A stretch of DNA of 64,000 nucleotides, taken from contig OY740800.1 in NCBI GenBank assembly GCA_963514005.1, positions 41,664,001-41,728,000 of the forward strand, in the 5' to 3' direction. Source of the stretch: Raja brachyura. Taxonomy: Eukaryota. Of the stretch, positions 39,159 to 51,540 are shown piece by piece. Positions within the stretch are counted from its first letter, which is position 1. Each line of letters begins with the position of its first letter. A program made the translations under genes and the position numbers. The notes beneath the pieces were generated by a model, which searched no databases, was not told where the DNA came from, and saw nothing but the letters and a program-made list of their open reading frames with translations.

Positions 39159-41134
39159 ATATCTCAATTTAATATGGCCAAAGGCCAAACACTTTTCCAC
39201 AAAGATGATTTATCTTCAATACATGATTTTATTGAATATATGTTAAACCTATAAGTTGTAGAGAGATAATTGAAACCCCTTATCAAAGAGGATCCCTTTA
39301 GTGCTGTGTTCTGGCTTGCTGAACAGACAATGGCTAAATAAGATAATGCAACAATTTTAAGACTGGACAAAATAACTCGCATCACTGCTATGCTCGCTTT
39401 ACATACAAATGATGGAAACAAACATCACTGCAGGCAAACCTTCCTTCTGTTACTTCCTAATAATCTCTAGACTCCTAACCTCCTTCCATCATTCTACTGT
39501 AACCTTTCCTAGAATATAAATCAGTATAAACATTAAAATTCCAAGTTATTCACTTTCCTTACAAAGTAAGACAAAAACTCAATCAAGTATGTTCAAAATT
39601 GTGTATGATACAACAATCGCTGCTTTTCTCTGCCTACCTATTTGGAATATTGGTGCTGTTTTAATGCGATATTGAAAAAATTTCACAAAGCTCACTGTTC
39701 CCCAATATAAAATGTATTTAATGTCACACTCCCTTGTACCCTTAGAATATATTTTCCTATGAAACATTATCACTTGAATTTTTAATGTACTAACCCATGC
39801 ACTAATTATATTTTTTCAAAAGTTTTCTCAACAATGTATTAGTTTTGCCAATTTTTCAGAAGTATTTCTTCATGGATATTTATATACAAAAACGGCTGTC
39901 ACAAAATAAGCTTTCAAATAAGTGCAGATAGCCCTGGAAGTACTGTCATATTACACTCAGATGAACAGCTTGCAGCTTGAAATTAGTCTTCAGAATCAAC
40001 TGAAGCATATTATTCAAGCTGGCTGAAAACAGACACAATGAGACTGAATTTTGTGTTCATTAATGATAAATAGCACACAGATGTTTAGTAATATATATAA
40101 AACTTTTTCATTTCCCCATGTTCCCCAAACCCTAGACTAAATGCAGGACATATCTATATTAGTTCAAAAAATATTTGTTCTGGTGGTAGCCAATTTTAAA
40201 TCAGTTTGAACACAGCTCAGCTGTTAACCAGAATCTTTTTCCAATGAATGCAGCATTTGGAAATACAAGAAGAGTTTAAGGACTTACCTGTAGTTATTTA
40301 ACATACTTAAACTTACATTAACACAAGTGTAGTTCTAGCTGAACACTTCTTTTGTTTTAGAAAGTGGTGGCCTTATGGGTATAACGACATTTAAATATAT
40401 AATTAAAGAACCCAATAATTTATAGCCACAGAGCCAAGCAATTACAAACAGCTTCATTGTTCTGGAATGGCTTTATTCCAGACAGAGTCGGCTGGATATT
40501 TGGACAATTCCACCTCCTAACCCAAATTCGCAAAGCAGAAAACTGAAGGAAAGCTTGTATAGTTATTTCAAACTCTGTCTGGCCTGGGCTTTAATTTACC
40601 ATCCTTTGCACAAAGCATTCCCCACTCTCATCAAATCTTAAATGATGCTTATGCTTTCAGAAATTAAACTGTATGTAGCCATTTTGGTCTCCCGAAGATC
40701 AATAAAAACTCAGTCTGACTTGTTAAATGTTTCTAAAACACAACAGAATACAAAGGATTCCTTGTTTTATGTAAATATCTGCCATTTGTGGGTGAAAACA
40801 AAAAACTTCAATTTAAAAATGCACAAACAGCAGTCTCGACCACATGCAAATGAGCCTATTGTAAGGATTTCAAATGAGTTGAATTTTATTGAATCTTTTC
40901 CATTCAGTAAAATCTCAATATATGCCAAATTTCTTTAGACGTGACTGTCAGTTACTTTAAGTATTTTTAAAGAATAACATGAAGCATTAACAACTAGGGT
41001 TTATGGGTAAGTACACTTGTACGCAAATTAGTTTATTTCAAACATTTCCCATCCACTGTCACCAACCCCCACTGAGGTTAATTGTATCGACTCGTTCTAT
41101 TTGGAACAGTCCTTGAAACTTCACCAGTTTTAAA

Positions 41135-41710
41135 CATTTATTAGAATAGCAAGAGCGATGGAAAAGGTTGCTAGGATGAACAGCTTAATGTATATACAAC
41201 CAATTAACTGTTGGCAGGACAACACCAGGAATGAAATATGGAAGAAAGAGCACAAAGAAGTTTATACCGTATTTATTCTGTAAAACAATGAAATAATTTG
41301 GGAAATTAGTTCGCAAGTATTTCCATAGAAATAACTGTGGTCAAAGATGGGAATATTTTCGAGCATAATTTGCAAATGTGCTTGTTATTTCAGAAAATAG
41401 TAATTTTTAAAAAGATCAAGATTAAGCATTTTATTGGAATAGCAAGTGCAATGGAAAAGGTGTTAGGATGAACAGTTTAACGTGTATATGCAACTATTTC
41501 ATAGTCTGCAGACTGGACAACATAATGATTGAAAAAATGAAGCTAAAGCACAAATAAGTTCATACCGTATTTCCTCTAAAATATTTGGGGGAATTAATTT
41601 ACAAGTTATTCCATTGGAATAACAGTCATCAAAGATAATAACATCTGAGAAATGTATATAAATGTAGTCATTATTTCAAGAAAACAGTATTTTTGTAAAT
41701 GAACAAGATT
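41135..41710. repeat. Old tandem duplication, ~290-bp unit x2
   Basis: ttattagaatagcaagagcgatggaaaaggttgctaggatgaacag vs ttattggaatagcaagtgcaatggaaaaggtgttaggatgaacag; colinear to caagatt. Confidence 0.85.
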
Positions 41711-42394
41711 GAATTATTTCCATGACATACATAATGCACAGTAATGATTAAATTCTCAGTTATTTCTGTATAATCTAATACAGGTTCAACTCCAATCTGG
41801 TAGTAATTATATTCTGCTTTTATTGCTCCAGTGACACATTATCAAGCTGTTGTATGGTATGTGGAGAATGCTTTTCACAGACAGCAAGGTGACAGTACAT
41901 TACACGCAACCTTTGTTGTAATCAATACTTCTCTCTATCTATATTAAAAGCATGCATTTTGACATGCTTTCAGTCAATGGTTTCAATTACAAATTACTAT
42001 ATTCAGATTTATAAAAGAAATTACCTTTGTAAACTTGTCACACTTTAATTACAGTCACCCTTCTCCCCATGGAGTCAGTACAGTGTAATCAGCAATGGTA
42101 TTACACATTCACAGTGACGTTTGTTGTTTTTCTTATAAATATGAATAGAAGATGTCACAATGGAATAAATGTCAGATTGTATGATTGTTTTAAGAGAGTG
42201 AACTATTCAGTTCACCATGGCTATATGAAAAAAATAGGAATTGTAAGTTACTTGTTTCTTGACCACTAACAACCTGGGGACTCGTGGTGTTTTCAGCTTC
42301 CCACCATAGAAAATTAATTATGTTGAACAAAATGAAATAAATGAGAGAAATTGCAGACAAAATTATTTCATTCCAGAGAATGAAAATTATACCA

Positions 42395-43255
42395 ACCAAG
42401 CTCGTCCCCAAACTTGTGGAACTTCGACTCCCTTCTGCAACTGGATCCTTGATTTCTCAGCCCCCTACAATTCGCCTTGTACCTTCATGACTGTGCAGAT
42501 AAATACCACTCCAACTGAATTTACAAGTTCGCAGATGACACTACTGTATATCAAATAAAGACGAGATAGAGTAGAGGAAGGAGATCGAGAACCTTGCAAC
42601 CTGGTGCCAAGATAACAACCTCTCCATCAATGCCAGCAAGACATAGGAGATTGTAATTTATTTCAGGAAGTGAAATAGTACACATTCCAAACAATACATT
42701 GATGCCGCCAAACTAGAGATGGTCAAAAGCGTCCAAAAGTTCTTAGGATTAAATAATACCAGCAATTTGTTCTGGACCAGCCACGTCAAAACCGTGGCTA
42801 AGAAAACACACCAATACCTCTACTTCCTCAGGTGACTTAGGAAGTTCGGCATGTCCCCAACATCCGTCACCAACTTGAACAGATGCAGCGTAAAAAGCAT
42901 CCTGCCAGGATGCATCACAGCATGGTTTGGGAATAGCTCCATCCATGACAAGAAATTGCAGAGATTGCACCTATTCCTTTTCTCCAGAGATGCTGTCTGA
43001 CCCGCTGAGTTACTCCAGCTTTTTGTGACTATCTCACTTCCATTGTCCATCATCACTTCAAGCGGCCTTGGCAAGGCCACCAGCATAATCAAGGACCTTT
43101 CTCACCCTGGTCACTCCCTCTTCTCCTCTCTCCCATTAGGCAAGAGGTACAGACATTTGAAAATGCATACCACCAGATTCAGGGACAGTTTCTTCTCAGC
43201 TTTTATTAGGCAACTGAACTATCCTCTCATCAACGAGAGTGTGGTCCTGACCTCC
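42395..43255 (+). mobile_element. Rex1/Babar non-LTR retrotransposon fragment with a Penelope-derived piece inserted at ~42968-43034
   Basis: Degenerate CNWILDF, KFADDTT, WCQDNNLSIN..KT, LYFLR.LRKFG and GCITAWFG motifs. Confidence 0.85.
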
Positions 43256-44439
43256 CAAAAGAGATTTGGATATTTATATTGATATAAAATGTGGCTTCTT
43301 AATGCTAAAGATGATTTTTTTTTTAAAAAGGAAAGCCAGTGCTATCTTATCTGAATGAATGGGGAGTAGGATTCTGACAGGCATCTAAAGTGTGCCTGAA
43401 ATACAGATCAAATATGATTTCTGAAATGAATGATTACAGAGATTATAAAAAACAGACAAAATTAAACATTACAATCTACACCAGTAAACTGACATGGCAA
43501 AGTTAATAAAGGAACAGAATAATAAAGGCCAACCACCCTGGATTCTTGTGGTATGAATCTTTTGCAGATGCTGTTGGTTGTAGCATCACATCTAGAGACT
43601 GCAACATAATTACCACAACAATCAGGGGCCCACTCTTTCTTTCCCTTTCTGCTGTTGCATATCAAACATTGATTGGATTGTGATGGCACATCTGCAAACA
43701 AACATGCAGGCGGTTAACCATGCAAGTTACACAACAAACTCTTTAAAAACTAACATCACCATTCGTAGATTAACCCTGCCATATTCACTTAGATGTTAAG
43801 GCAATAAGCGAATTCGGTATTCCAACTGCGCATGCCCAGGTCATAAGTCACTGACGGGACACCGGCCCGGAGCAGTGGCGGCCCAGGTTTACAGCCAGCG
43901 CGGAGAAGAATCAATTTAAAAGGCAATAATCTCTGATATAAGAGAGGCTGCACTTACCTCCTCTGCCCACTCACTAAACCCTCACTCCTTCAACTGTACA
44001 CAACCCACATTGATTCACAGACCGAGCCAGAAGCCCCATTTATTCCTAGTCTCACTCAGAGTCATCCCACCATTCAAAACTCCAGATTTGCTGAAGCAAT
44101 ATTGTTGTTGCCTGGATGATCAGTAGGAGAGATTATCCACTGTTACAAACGGCAGGAGATTGTGAACTCCACTGGAGTTCAGAACCATGGCATGGAAATG
44201 GCATTTTGGTGCTCGATGGTTGCCCCTGTTGAGCCAGCCAGTCTGTGACCCATAACACCATTACGTAATGGCAGGTATGGCCACAATTGTCAATTGACAC
44301 ATCGGGCAATGCTCACCATTTATATAGATAATAAAGAACGGAGGCAATAGACCATAGGTGCAGGAGTTGGCCATTCGGCCCTTCGAGCCAGCACCGCCAT
44401 TCAATGTGATCATAGCTGATCATCCACAATCAAGAAGCA

Positions 44440-44900
44440 AAAAAATGAGTCCTGTGAGCTGCTTTTATAGATGGGCCCAGTGGATGACATCGTCGGGAGC
44501 TCGCAGGTCACAGGTTGGTGACCTGTTTTTCCGAAGCTCCTGCAGCAACAGCTTCGTCCGCTGGACTGGAGGGCGGTAGCTTCGACCACCCCGGGCTGCA
44601 TTTGAACCGGAGTTTGAACTGGCACGTTCGCGGAGCACAGATTCAGCTGCGGGACCTACCATCACCCGGCGGGGTCACAACATCGGAGGCCTGGATCGCC
44701 TCGGCGCAGAGGAACAACAAGGAGGGAAGAGACAGAGACTTTAAGACTTTTGCCTCCATCACAGTGAGGTGCCTAGTGAACTCACTGTGGTGGATGTTAA
44801 AATTGTGTTTATTGTGTGTTTTTGTTATTTCTTATTATATGTATGATTGCAAAAATTTCGTTCAGACCGAAAGATCTGAATGACAATAAAGGATAATACA
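44440..44900 (+). mobile_element. GC/CpG-rich SINE-like element with Rex1-type 3' end
   Basis: Abrupt GC-rich block ending in a hairpin (ttcagac..tctgaa) plus tgacaataaa, similar to the Rex1-type tail at ~25150. Confidence 0.5.
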
Positions 44901-45184
44901 ATGTTGACAGTGAACTAAGGTAGTCCGTATCAAATAATTAGTAATTTCTACAATATAATTGTTATAAAAAAAATAGGTGACATTTAACAGCAAATGTTAT
45001 GCTCTTTACTAGTTCTAATTCACGTTTCCTTTTTGAAACTTATAAAGTAAATCTAGTCAAAATTCAACAGGAGGAGAGTGCTATTAAATCATAACAGGTT
45101 TGTTTAGTCAATTTTCATTCTTCATATGACAATATATAGGTATAAAAATTCCACTTAAGTTAGACAATTAAAATCCTAACTGTG

Positions 45185-45265
45185 GTTGCTGTCAGTACGG
45201 AGTCTATGTGGTCTCCTCGTGACCTGCATGGGTTTTCTCTGGTTTCCACCCACACTCCAAAGTTT
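45185..45265 (+). mobile_element. V-SINE (HE1-like) core fragment
   Basis: ggagtctatgtggtctcctcgtgacctgcatgggttttctctggtttccacccacactccaaag. Confidence 0.65.
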
Positions 45266-46299
45266 GCACTAATTTTTATTTTGTAAGATATTATAATTTA
45301 AGCTTTAAAATTACATACAAGATATAAAGTCATCATTTCCTTTTGGGAAACCATAGTCTGGATTTTCATTTACACTTTTAAAAATGCAGTGCATCCAAAT
45401 ACATCATACTCTGACAATCAATAATTCACTACCAATCCTTTCACAACAAAGGCATAGCTCCTCGGAATATAATTTTCATTGGGAGGCAAGACAAAACCAA
45501 CATCTTAGAGACTTGTTTCCACTAATGGACAACCATTTAACCAGTAAAAGACAGCCACTGGTATAGATTGAAATAAATAATTTGATTTAAAGGGTCATTT
45601 GTGCATTATTGTATGATATGATGCAAAATTAGTCACAGTTGTACTTGGTCACGAAAGTAAAAAGGAGGAAAGAGCAGGCAGAGTGCCTTTGTGCTTGTTG
45701 GGTTGAAAAACCTGCATTTGTCAGACCACAAAGTAATGTAACTGTTTAGATACTTTCACAACCATTTCAAAAATGATATTTACATTATATTGTGAAGTGT
45801 GGGTTCAAATTTCACCATTTTGAGACTTTCTAGGGTGGACGTCATTGTATTTTTAATTTACAAGTAATTCAAAAATTCATATCACAATCGTAACCTCTTA
45901 GTTTCTAGCAGGAAAGCCGTATTTTGCAAAGTTTCCCATTTTTTTCTTTCCTGTGTTACACCATTAGTTATCCTGAATTTATCCAGTTCTGTTTGCTTTT
46001 GCATACAAAGTGCTTTAATATATGTAGTTTCAGCTTTATAGCAGACTCATACCCTCTTGCTTTATTCGAGTATAAAACCATGAAATATGCAACGGCATTA
46101 GTTATGTCCAGTCAAACTGCACCCAGTTTAGGTTTCTAAAACAGTTCGATCTGCAAAATGCAGAATCATTGAGTATGGTGGGAACTGTTGTGGAAAAGTA
46201 TGTAACCCTCAATTGAAATCCGCCCAGACAGTTGGGATACAGATATCTCCTTCAAGTGGTGAAAAGATGGCAAACAAATAGGTACAAGTATCTCAGTTA

Positions 46300-47170
46300 G
46301 GTTCCTCGTGTTAGAAGGAGTGGCTGGAAAAGCTGGGACCCTTCCCTTAGCACTATAGGAGGCTAGGGCATGACTTTATTGAAGTATACAAAATTATGAG
46401 GCGCATGGATAAAGTGAACACCAGCAGTCCTTTTTCCCCAGGGTAGAGAGTACTGAAACTGGAAGGCGTAGACACAAGGTGAGATGGGAAAGATTTAAGA
46501 GGGCCCTCAGGGGCAACATTTGCACTCTGAGGGTAGACTACATCTGGAACGAACTGCCAGAGAAAGTGAAAGAAGTGGACACAATTGTCACAGTGCACCT
46601 ACATTCTCATCCGAGTCACTCATGTATGTGACAACAACAATGATCCCTGTGGTGCAACACCAGTTACAGAATTCCAGTCAGAAAGTCATATGGTTAGAAG
46701 TGATAGGAGCAGAATTCGGCCCATCAAATATACTCCTCCATTCAATCATGGCAGATCTATCTCTCCCTCCTAACCCCATTCTCATGCCTTCTCCCCATAA
46801 CCCTTGACACCCGTACTAATCAAGAATCTATCTATCTCTGCCTTAAAAATATCCATTTACGGCCTCTACAGCCTTCTGTGCCAAAGAATTCCACAGATTC
46901 ACCACCCTCTGACTAAAGACATTCCTCCTTATCTCCTTCCTAAAGAGCGTCCTTTAATTCTGAGGCTATGACTTCTGGTCCTAGACTCTCCCACTGGTGG
47001 AAACATCCTCTCCACATCCCCTCTAGCCAAACATTTGGTAAGTTTCAATGAGGCCCCCCCCCCTCATCCTTCTAATCACCAGCGAGTACAGGCCCAGTGC
47101 CATCAAACGCTCATCATGTTAACCCACTCATTCCTGGGATCATTCTTGTAAACCTCATCTAGACTCTCTC
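46300..47170. mobile_element. Two CR1 3' fragments (plus ~46300-46570, minus ~46690-47170)
   Basis: gaagtatacaaaattatgag (EVYKIM); gaattccacagattcaccaccctctg (QRVVNLWNS on minus). Confidence 0.8.
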
Positions 47171-47954
47171 CATACAGTTCAAAGCTTCTTTACTGTCACT
47201 TATGCACTGCACAGTGAAATTATTTTTCCATAGGTTACAAATGCACAATTAGCCAATTGCCAATTCACCAAAAAAAAGTAAATTAATTTCATTATGTCAC
47301 ACACATACTAATCAAACTGAATTGGGAATACAAAAACTTGTGAGTGGCAAAAACTATTGTGGTTTTATATTCATGAAAAATGCTGAACATAATTCTCAAG
47401 ATATGGTAAAGCAGAAATAATAAACAAATTCTACAAATCCACTCAACAATGATAAGTGGTGGAGACATAGAAAGGCTTGCGCCTAAAAACTTGACTGCAA
47501 TCAGTGATCAGAAAAAAAAAAAATTGCTTTTGTGAAGTTTATCCTCTGAAAAGGTATTTAAAATGAGTCTAACAGGAAAGAAAATTGTATACCAGGAAAC
47601 ACGTTATACAAGAAGCAAACAAATGTGACTGTACATCATATATTTTCCAGTGAGAGGTCAATGTTGTAGTATTTCAAACTGGTATAAAGGCATTTGTCCC
47701 ACTGTGACTTTATGAATGTTCACAAACCATCAAAACTATTAGAAAGAGCTGACAAAATAGATGCAGCGCGACAAATAACTGTCTTTGAAACTAAATGAAT
47801 AGTGTAGTTGTTCTATAATAGGCAGAACGTAAGGGGAAGAGCATAACACAGAGAGAATCTTATTGTTCAAGACAAATTGCAAGGAAATTACAGGGGGTAA
47901 TTTGTGCATTGTAATTGCTTAGATTGAGTTTTATAAAACCATTCTTTATGGTTG

Positions 47955-48137
47955 CGGCAGGTTCGTTGGTATCATTTAAAAATAAATTGGATAGGCATAT
48001 GGATGAGAAGGGTATGGAGGGTTATGGTATGAGTGCAGGCAGGTGGGACTAAGGGAAAAAAGTTGTTCGGCACGGATTTGAAGGGCCGAGATGGCCTGTT
48101 TCCGTGCTGTAATTGTTATATGGTTGTTATATGGTTA
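47955..48137 (+). mobile_element. CR1 3' tail ending in (TTATATGG)-type repeats
   Basis: aagggccgagatggcctgtttccgtgctgtaattgttatatggttgttatatggtta. Confidence 0.75.
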
Positions 48138-48444
48138 TTCTTCAGATAATTTAGTTTATTGTCGCAAAAAGAGGACTTCATATTATACCTTTCAGCACCT
48201 CTAGAAATACTTAAATACTGATAACAATTTAAATATTTTTGAAGTGCATTCACTTGCTGAAATTGAAGAAACCCAGAAGTCAATTTGCATATTGGATGCT
48301 TCCATCAACAATATCATATCACCAGATAATCTTTTGTAATATTAGGTATTAATATAATCTTTTCTCACTAATTAAGAAGTCCCTAATATGCATAGTCAAT
48401 AGCTTTACTAGCTAGGATTAAGAGTTATCCAATTGCCTAATAGA

Positions 48445-48680
48445 CTGAAGCTAGACACAAAAGGCAGTAAGTCAGAGAGTCAGGCAGCATCTCTGGAGAG
48501 AAGGAATGGGTGACATTTTGGGTCGAGACCCTTCTTCAGACTCTCAGTCAGAGAAGAGGAAAACCAGAGATTATGGAAGGGTAAGATGTGAAAAGGACAG
48601 ATCAAAGTAGACATTGGTCAAGGTAATATAGAATGGTTTGTTGTTGGCTTGAAGATAATGTGACAATAAGGCATACAAAC
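48445..48680 (-). mobile_element. Penelope 3' fragment with CpG-decayed hammerhead motif (48512-48539)
   Basis: gacattttgggtcgagacccttcttcag. Confidence 0.7.
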
Positions 48681-48914
48681 AGTAAAATGGGCTGATTAGC
48701 CCAGCTGCCTCAGGCCCAGAGATTTGGGTTCAATTTTAATCTTGAGTGATGTGAGGACAGCACCATCATTCTGTGATCATATAGGCTTTGTCCAGTTTCC
48801 TTCCACATGCCAATGACATGTTGGTTAGTTGGTGAATTGATGAATGTAAGTGGTAAATTGCCTTTCGTGTTAGTGTGTAGCAGGGGAATTGAGTGGAGGG
48901 GAAATTAGATTTAG

Positions 48915-49530
48915 GTTTATCATTGTCACGTGTATCGAGCTACAGTGAAAAGCTTTGTTTTGCATGCTATTCAAACAGACCAAATATACCATACATAGAT
49001 ATAATCAGTTCAAACTCAAGTACAATTGATAGAGCAAAGGGGAAGATACAGTGCCGTTCTCAGCATTATAGCACATCAGCTTCTTGGACAAAGTCCAATG
49101 TCATCAATGGGCTAGAGGTGAATCAAACAGTATGCTAGCTTATCAAAGAACTGTTCAGAAGCCTGTTAACAGAGGGGAAGGAGCTGTTCCCACATCTGAT
49201 AATGCATGTGCTCTAGCTTCTGTACTTTCTGCCAGATGGGAGCATGGAAAAGAAGCAATGAGACAGGTCTTTGATTATGTCTGCTGCTTTTCTGAGGCAG
49301 TGTGAAGTGTAGATGGAGTCAATGGAGGGAAATCTGGTCTGTGTGATGGATTGGGCTAGGTCTACAACTCTCTGCAATTTCTTGTGTTCTTGGTAACAGC
49401 TGTTCCCAAAACAAGCTGTGATTTAACCCGACAGTACGCTTTCTATGGTGCATCTGTAGAGTATGTAAGAGTCACTGGAGACAAGCTGAATATCAAAATC
49501 CTCGGGAAGTAGAGGTGTTAGTGTGCCTTT
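48915..49530 (-). mobile_element. Rex1/Babar-type 3' fragment
   Basis: tttatcattgtcacgtgt tail; ctgttcagaagcctg..gagctgttcc; ctctgcaatttctt (KKLQR on minus). Confidence 0.7.
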
Positions 49531-50674
49531 GTGGCTGTTGCACTAATGTGATGTGATGTGTATGTAAGAAGAGAAATGTAATGAGTGGCCTATAGGTGTA
49601 GATAGATGTTTGGTAGTCAGCATTGACACAACTGTCCTCTTTCTGTACTGTATGGCTCAAAGAAATTGGCATAGGCAAACTCAGCATCAAGCAAGTCATC
49701 TCATTCAATACGCTGATATGATCTTGGCCTTAATTCTACTTTGCTGCCTCTTTCTAATAGTCCCCGATACCCAATAGTCCAAAATCTGTCCCTCTATCAT
49801 AAATTGTCATGGACAACCCCCGACACTTTCAACATATAAATACTGGCAACATTGCAAGAAGTTACAACTCTGCAACATTTATGATTTCTATCCATGCTTA
49901 GATAACTTAACCAAAGGTTCCATCTCATCTTAACTGCCACTATTTCACTATTCCATTCTGACTATTGTACATCTCATATGATTCAGTTGGAAGAATACTA
50001 AGCTCAAAATCTGATAACAAATCTGTGGAATATTATACCACTGATTATGGTAAACACCTGTCCAAAAAATCAAAACAAAATGAAAAATGGTCTCACAAGA
50101 CTATAAGTCTTCTGAAAACTAAAAAAAGAGAAACATGGATGATTTCAGAAGAAATTTTCATTAACTTTAGGAAGAAAAGTGGCATGAATAAGAATGCTCC
50201 TGTACTGCTCTAGTCTGCTACAAGGCCTACATGATAACAGGCAGTAGGAGGATATTACTTTTCTTTCTCTTTTAATGTCTGGTGTTTCAGGGCATTTTTT
50301 AATTTTGTCAACAAATAGCAGCCAATTAGAGATGATACCTTAAAGAGCGCATGTATAACAATCTGCTGTACATTTACTTAATTCTTCAAAGTACTATATT
50401 TATGTCTTCAGCACACCATGCCTGCACCAACCATGATGCCAATCTAAATTAATCCCATCGTCTGCACGTGGTCCGTATCTGTCTACTCCCTTCCTATTCA
50501 TGTGTCTGTCTGAATGCCTCTTAAATGTCACTATCATATCTGCGTCGACCACCTCTCCTGGCAGCGCACTTCAGACACCTTCAAGTCTCTGCTTAAAAAA
50601 AGTTGCGTCACACACTTCTTTAAACTTTCTAAAATTGTTATGGACAACCCCCCGTCCTTTCAACATATAAACAC

Positions 50675-50975
50675 AGTGATGCTACTGGTAGAGCTGCTGC
50701 CTCAGTGCCAGGTTTGATTCTGACTCAAGTGCTGACTGGTTGCACCTGGAGTTTACACATTCTCCCTGTGACAATATGTGTTTCCTCTGGTTGCTCCAGT
50801 TTCCTCCCACGCCGCAAAAACATGCAGGTTTGTAGGTTAATTGGCCTCTAAAAAATGATGTGCAGGGAGTGGATGAGAAAATGGGATAACGTAGAACTAA
50901 TGGGAACGGGTGATCAATGATCACCGTGGACGCAGGAGGCCGAGTTGTATCGTCATGCTATTTCTCTAAACTAAA
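50675..50975 (+). mobile_element. HE1-like tRNA-derived V-SINE
   Basis: ggtagagctgctgcctcag..ggagtttacacattctccctgtgac..ctccagtttcctcccac, ending in a ctaaa repeat. Confidence 0.8.
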
Positions 50976-50979
50976 CTAT

Positions 50980-51540
50980 GCCTCACATAATTGACCTTTC
51001 CAACCTGGGAAAAAGACCCTGATTATCTAACCCATCTATGCCTCTCATAGCTTTATGAACTTCTATCAGGTCGCCCTTCAGCTTCTGTCATTCCAGCAAA
51101 GGGGTGGAAGATTGCAACCTTCACGTGGTCCGCCCTGTTTCGACGAATGCAATCAACCCGGCGTGCACAATCAAATAAGATCAAATGGAACAAGTTGTCC
51201 TACAACTTTAGGCTGTGCATGCAATATGCAAGAAGAAGAAGATTCCAGCCAAAACAATCCAAGTTTATCCAACCACTCCTTACACCTAATGGACGCTAAT
51301 GCAAGCAACAACCTGGTACACCACTTATGCTCCTTCTTCAAAGCCTCCACATCATTCCTATAATGTGCAAACAGTAGCATGCTACAATATGGTCTAATAA
51401 AGTTTTATACAGCTGCAACATGACTTCCTGATTTTTATATTGAATGTTCTGCCAGAAGACAGGCATACCATGCGCCGTCTTTACGACTCAATCCACATGT
51501 TGCTAATTTCAGAGAACTATGGTCTTCCACCTCAAGATAC
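50980..51540 (-). mobile_element. CR1 fragment hosting a nested insertion
   Basis: ORF 51171..51380(-) YRNDVEALKK..CTRL..LDKLGLFWLE. Confidence 0.75.
51098..51241 (+). mobile_element. Young 144-bp retroposon with (AAG)n tail and 8-bp TSD
   Basis: TSD attccagc at 51090-51097 and 51242-51249; tail gcaagaagaagaag; CpGs retained. Confidence 0.75.

Noticed and set aside
38074-39254. Long plus-strand ORFs (190 aa and 163 aa)
   Set aside because: Antisense shadows of the Penelope element
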